From contig CBFGIV010000044.1 in the NCBI GenBank assembly GCA_965648915.1, positions 1-18,861 on the forward strand: a DNA stretch of 18,861 nt. Direction: 5' to 3'. The position numbers and the translations under genes were made by a program. The stretch is from a candidate division WOR-3 bacterium (lineage in GTDB: Bacteria; Hydrothermota; Tepidihabitantia; SM23-42; CAYGYG01). The notes below the pieces were generated by a model. That model was not told the origin of the DNA. It ran no database searches and saw only the letters and a program-made list of their open reading frames with translations. Below, one piece after another: positions 17,413 through 18,861 of the stretch (the first letter of the stretch is position 1; every line of letters starts with the position of its first letter).

Positions 17413-17811
17413 ATGAAACAGATCATAATTGAAAACGAAAGTATTGGTAAGATTTCGGTTGAAATAACGGAAGAGAATCCGCAGACCACAGAGCAATTTT
17501 TAAAAATCCTGCCAATTGAAGGCAAAGCAAATCTCTGGGGCGAGGAGATATATTTTAAGATTCCGATTGATAAGATTGAACCGGAAAATCCGAGGCAGGT
17601 GGTAAAAGAAGGTGAAGTAGCGATCTGGATAGAAGAACCATCACTCTGTATATTCTTTGGTAAGACTCCAGTGAGTACCGGCAAAGAAATAAAGGCTTAT
17701 AGTGATGTGAATGTAATTGGCAGAGTGATTGGAGATTATATGATATTCAAAAAAGTAAAAAGTGGTGAAAAAATCAGGGTTTTGATTCAGAAAAACAAAA
17801 CCTTTGGATAA
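17413..17811 (+). CDS. Cyclophilin-like fold protein (DUF369/TM1367-like)
   Basis: NPQT...FLKILPIEGKANLWGEEIYF, GEVAIW, LCIFFGKTPVS and VNVIGRV match my recollection of this family. Confidence 0.85.
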   Translation: MKQIIIENESIGKISVEITEENPQTTEQFLKILPIEGKANLWGEEIYFKIPIDKIEPENPRQVVKEGEVAIWIEEPSLCIFFGKTPVSTGKEIKAYSDVNVIGRVIGDYMIFKKVKSGEKIRVLIQKNKTFG

Positions 17812-17841
17812 AACAATGATTTTCAACCGAAAAGGAGATTT

Positions 17842-18387
17842 ATGATTTACATTTACATTGGTTTGATAATAACAGGGGTTTGTTTGGTTCTTGATGAAAT
17901 TCTACCGAGATTAAGACATAGTGGTTATTTTAAAAATCTTATCAGGCTTTATACATTTGAAAAGATAATACCAAATTTACAGCGAAGTCTGTCCGATGCC
18001 AGTGGATTAAATGAAACACTGAGAACGTATATAAAAAACAAATATCAATTTTTTCCAATAAGTCCAAGAGAAATTTTCTTTCGCGAAGTCCAGTTTGACT
18101 ATTCTGTTTCAAGATATTCAGTATGCCCAATCCACGGTGCGATAGAGATGGTCAATCCGCAGAAGATTAAGATTTCATTTTGTTTGAATCTCACTATCCC
18201 TGCGTTTCTTCTTCTTATTTGCATGCTGCTTTTTTACCGCTTTCCTCAGGCGGGCATAACACTGATAATCCTATTCTTTCTTTTGGTCTCCTGTTTCTGG
18301 TATTATATTTTGATTAAAAAGCGTATCGGTGTTTTAATTGATGCAATCACCAGATGGTTGAGTAAACCAGCGGTTGGTAAAATCTAA
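17842..18387 (+). CDS. Hypothetical membrane protein
   Basis: AGGAG RBS, 181 aa with one N-terminal and two C-terminal hydrophobic helices. No family recognised. Confidence 0.65.
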   Translation: MIYIYIGLIITGVCLVLDEILPRLRHSGYFKNLIRLYTFEKIIPNLQRSLSDASGLNETLRTYIKNKYQFFPISPREIFFREVQFDYSVSRYSVCPIHGAIEMVNPQKIKISFCLNLTIPAFLLLICMLLFYRFPQAGITLIILFFLLVSCFWYYILIKKRIGVLIDAITRWLSKPAVGKI

Positions 18388-18574
18388 GAATTAGTCATCT
18401 GGCAATCAGCCAATTATCAAATGGTCAAATTGCGTGACTAATTTTTATACGATATTGGAATAAAAAATAACAAAAATTTATAACGGTAAAATGAAAGGGA
18501 AAATTCTAAAACAAATCAGATATATAGCCGACTCTGAGGATTGGAAGATTAGAGAAGGCGCTTCTCTATGAAAT

Positions 18575-18658
18575 GTAGGGGCAGAGTTTACTCTGCAAAA
18601 TCACCGGGGTTGAAAATTTATTTTATTATTTAACGTAGCATCCAGTTTCAACTGGATG
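18575..18658 (+). repeat. Two GTAG-type REP-like palindromes
   Basis: GTAGGG-GCAGAGT-tt-ACTCTGC (18575-18596) and GTAG-CATCCAGTT-tc-AACTGGATG (18635-18658). Confidence 0.55.
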
Positions 18659-18741
18659 AAAAATGCAAACACCCGATTCATTGGATTGATTCCTCTGTTT
18701 CATTCCATTTCACGGTTCACGTTAAGCGTTTCACGATTTAC

Positions 18742-18861
18742 GGTAGTGTATAATATTTTGTGTAAATTTTTATTGAGAAAAAATAAAAAGGGTGTATCCT
18801 TTCCATATGTTTAACAAAAAGAAAGGAGACACCCATGCTAAAGACTTATTTACATTTTAAC
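18742..18861 (+). mobile_element. Left end of a probable IS256/ISLre2-type insertion sequence, with transposase start at 18835 running off the window
   Basis: GGTAGTGTATAATATTTTGTGTAA resembles the G..AGTGT....ATTTTGTGTAA terminal repeat of these families. A 14-bp stem (18790-18803 / 18821-18834) covers the AGGAG RBS just before ATG (MLKTYLHFN...). Confidence 0.6.

Overview
An 18.9 kb bacterial window bounded at both ends by insertion-sequence material: a decayed ISL3 transposase on the left and the left end of a probable IS256/ISLre2-type element on the right. Between them lie a 5'-truncated, frameshifted Cu(+)-type P1B-ATPase (copA) pseudogene, fhs, a ~250 bp foldback MITE-like element, a TMTC-like GT-C/TPR glycosyltransferase, a metallophosphoesterase, a HAMP-GAF-HD-GYP phosphodiesterase, a livHMGF ABC operon without a binding-protein gene, an SPL-like radical SAM enzyme, a DUF369 cyclophilin-like protein and two hypothetical proteins. 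The main finding is that the ORF track truncates the gene at 7380..8255(-). It extends upstream in frame through one TGA to a strong-RBS ATG at 8378, giving a signal peptide, a thioredoxin-like U-P-Y-C motif, a candidate SECIS hairpin and a T9SS-type C-terminal domain, i.e. a probable secreted selenoprotein of the Omp28-related family. Four genes also appear to be transcribed as leaderless mRNAs. An FCB-superphylum (e.g. WOR-3-like) origin is inferred from the T9SS-like tail and is not shown directly.
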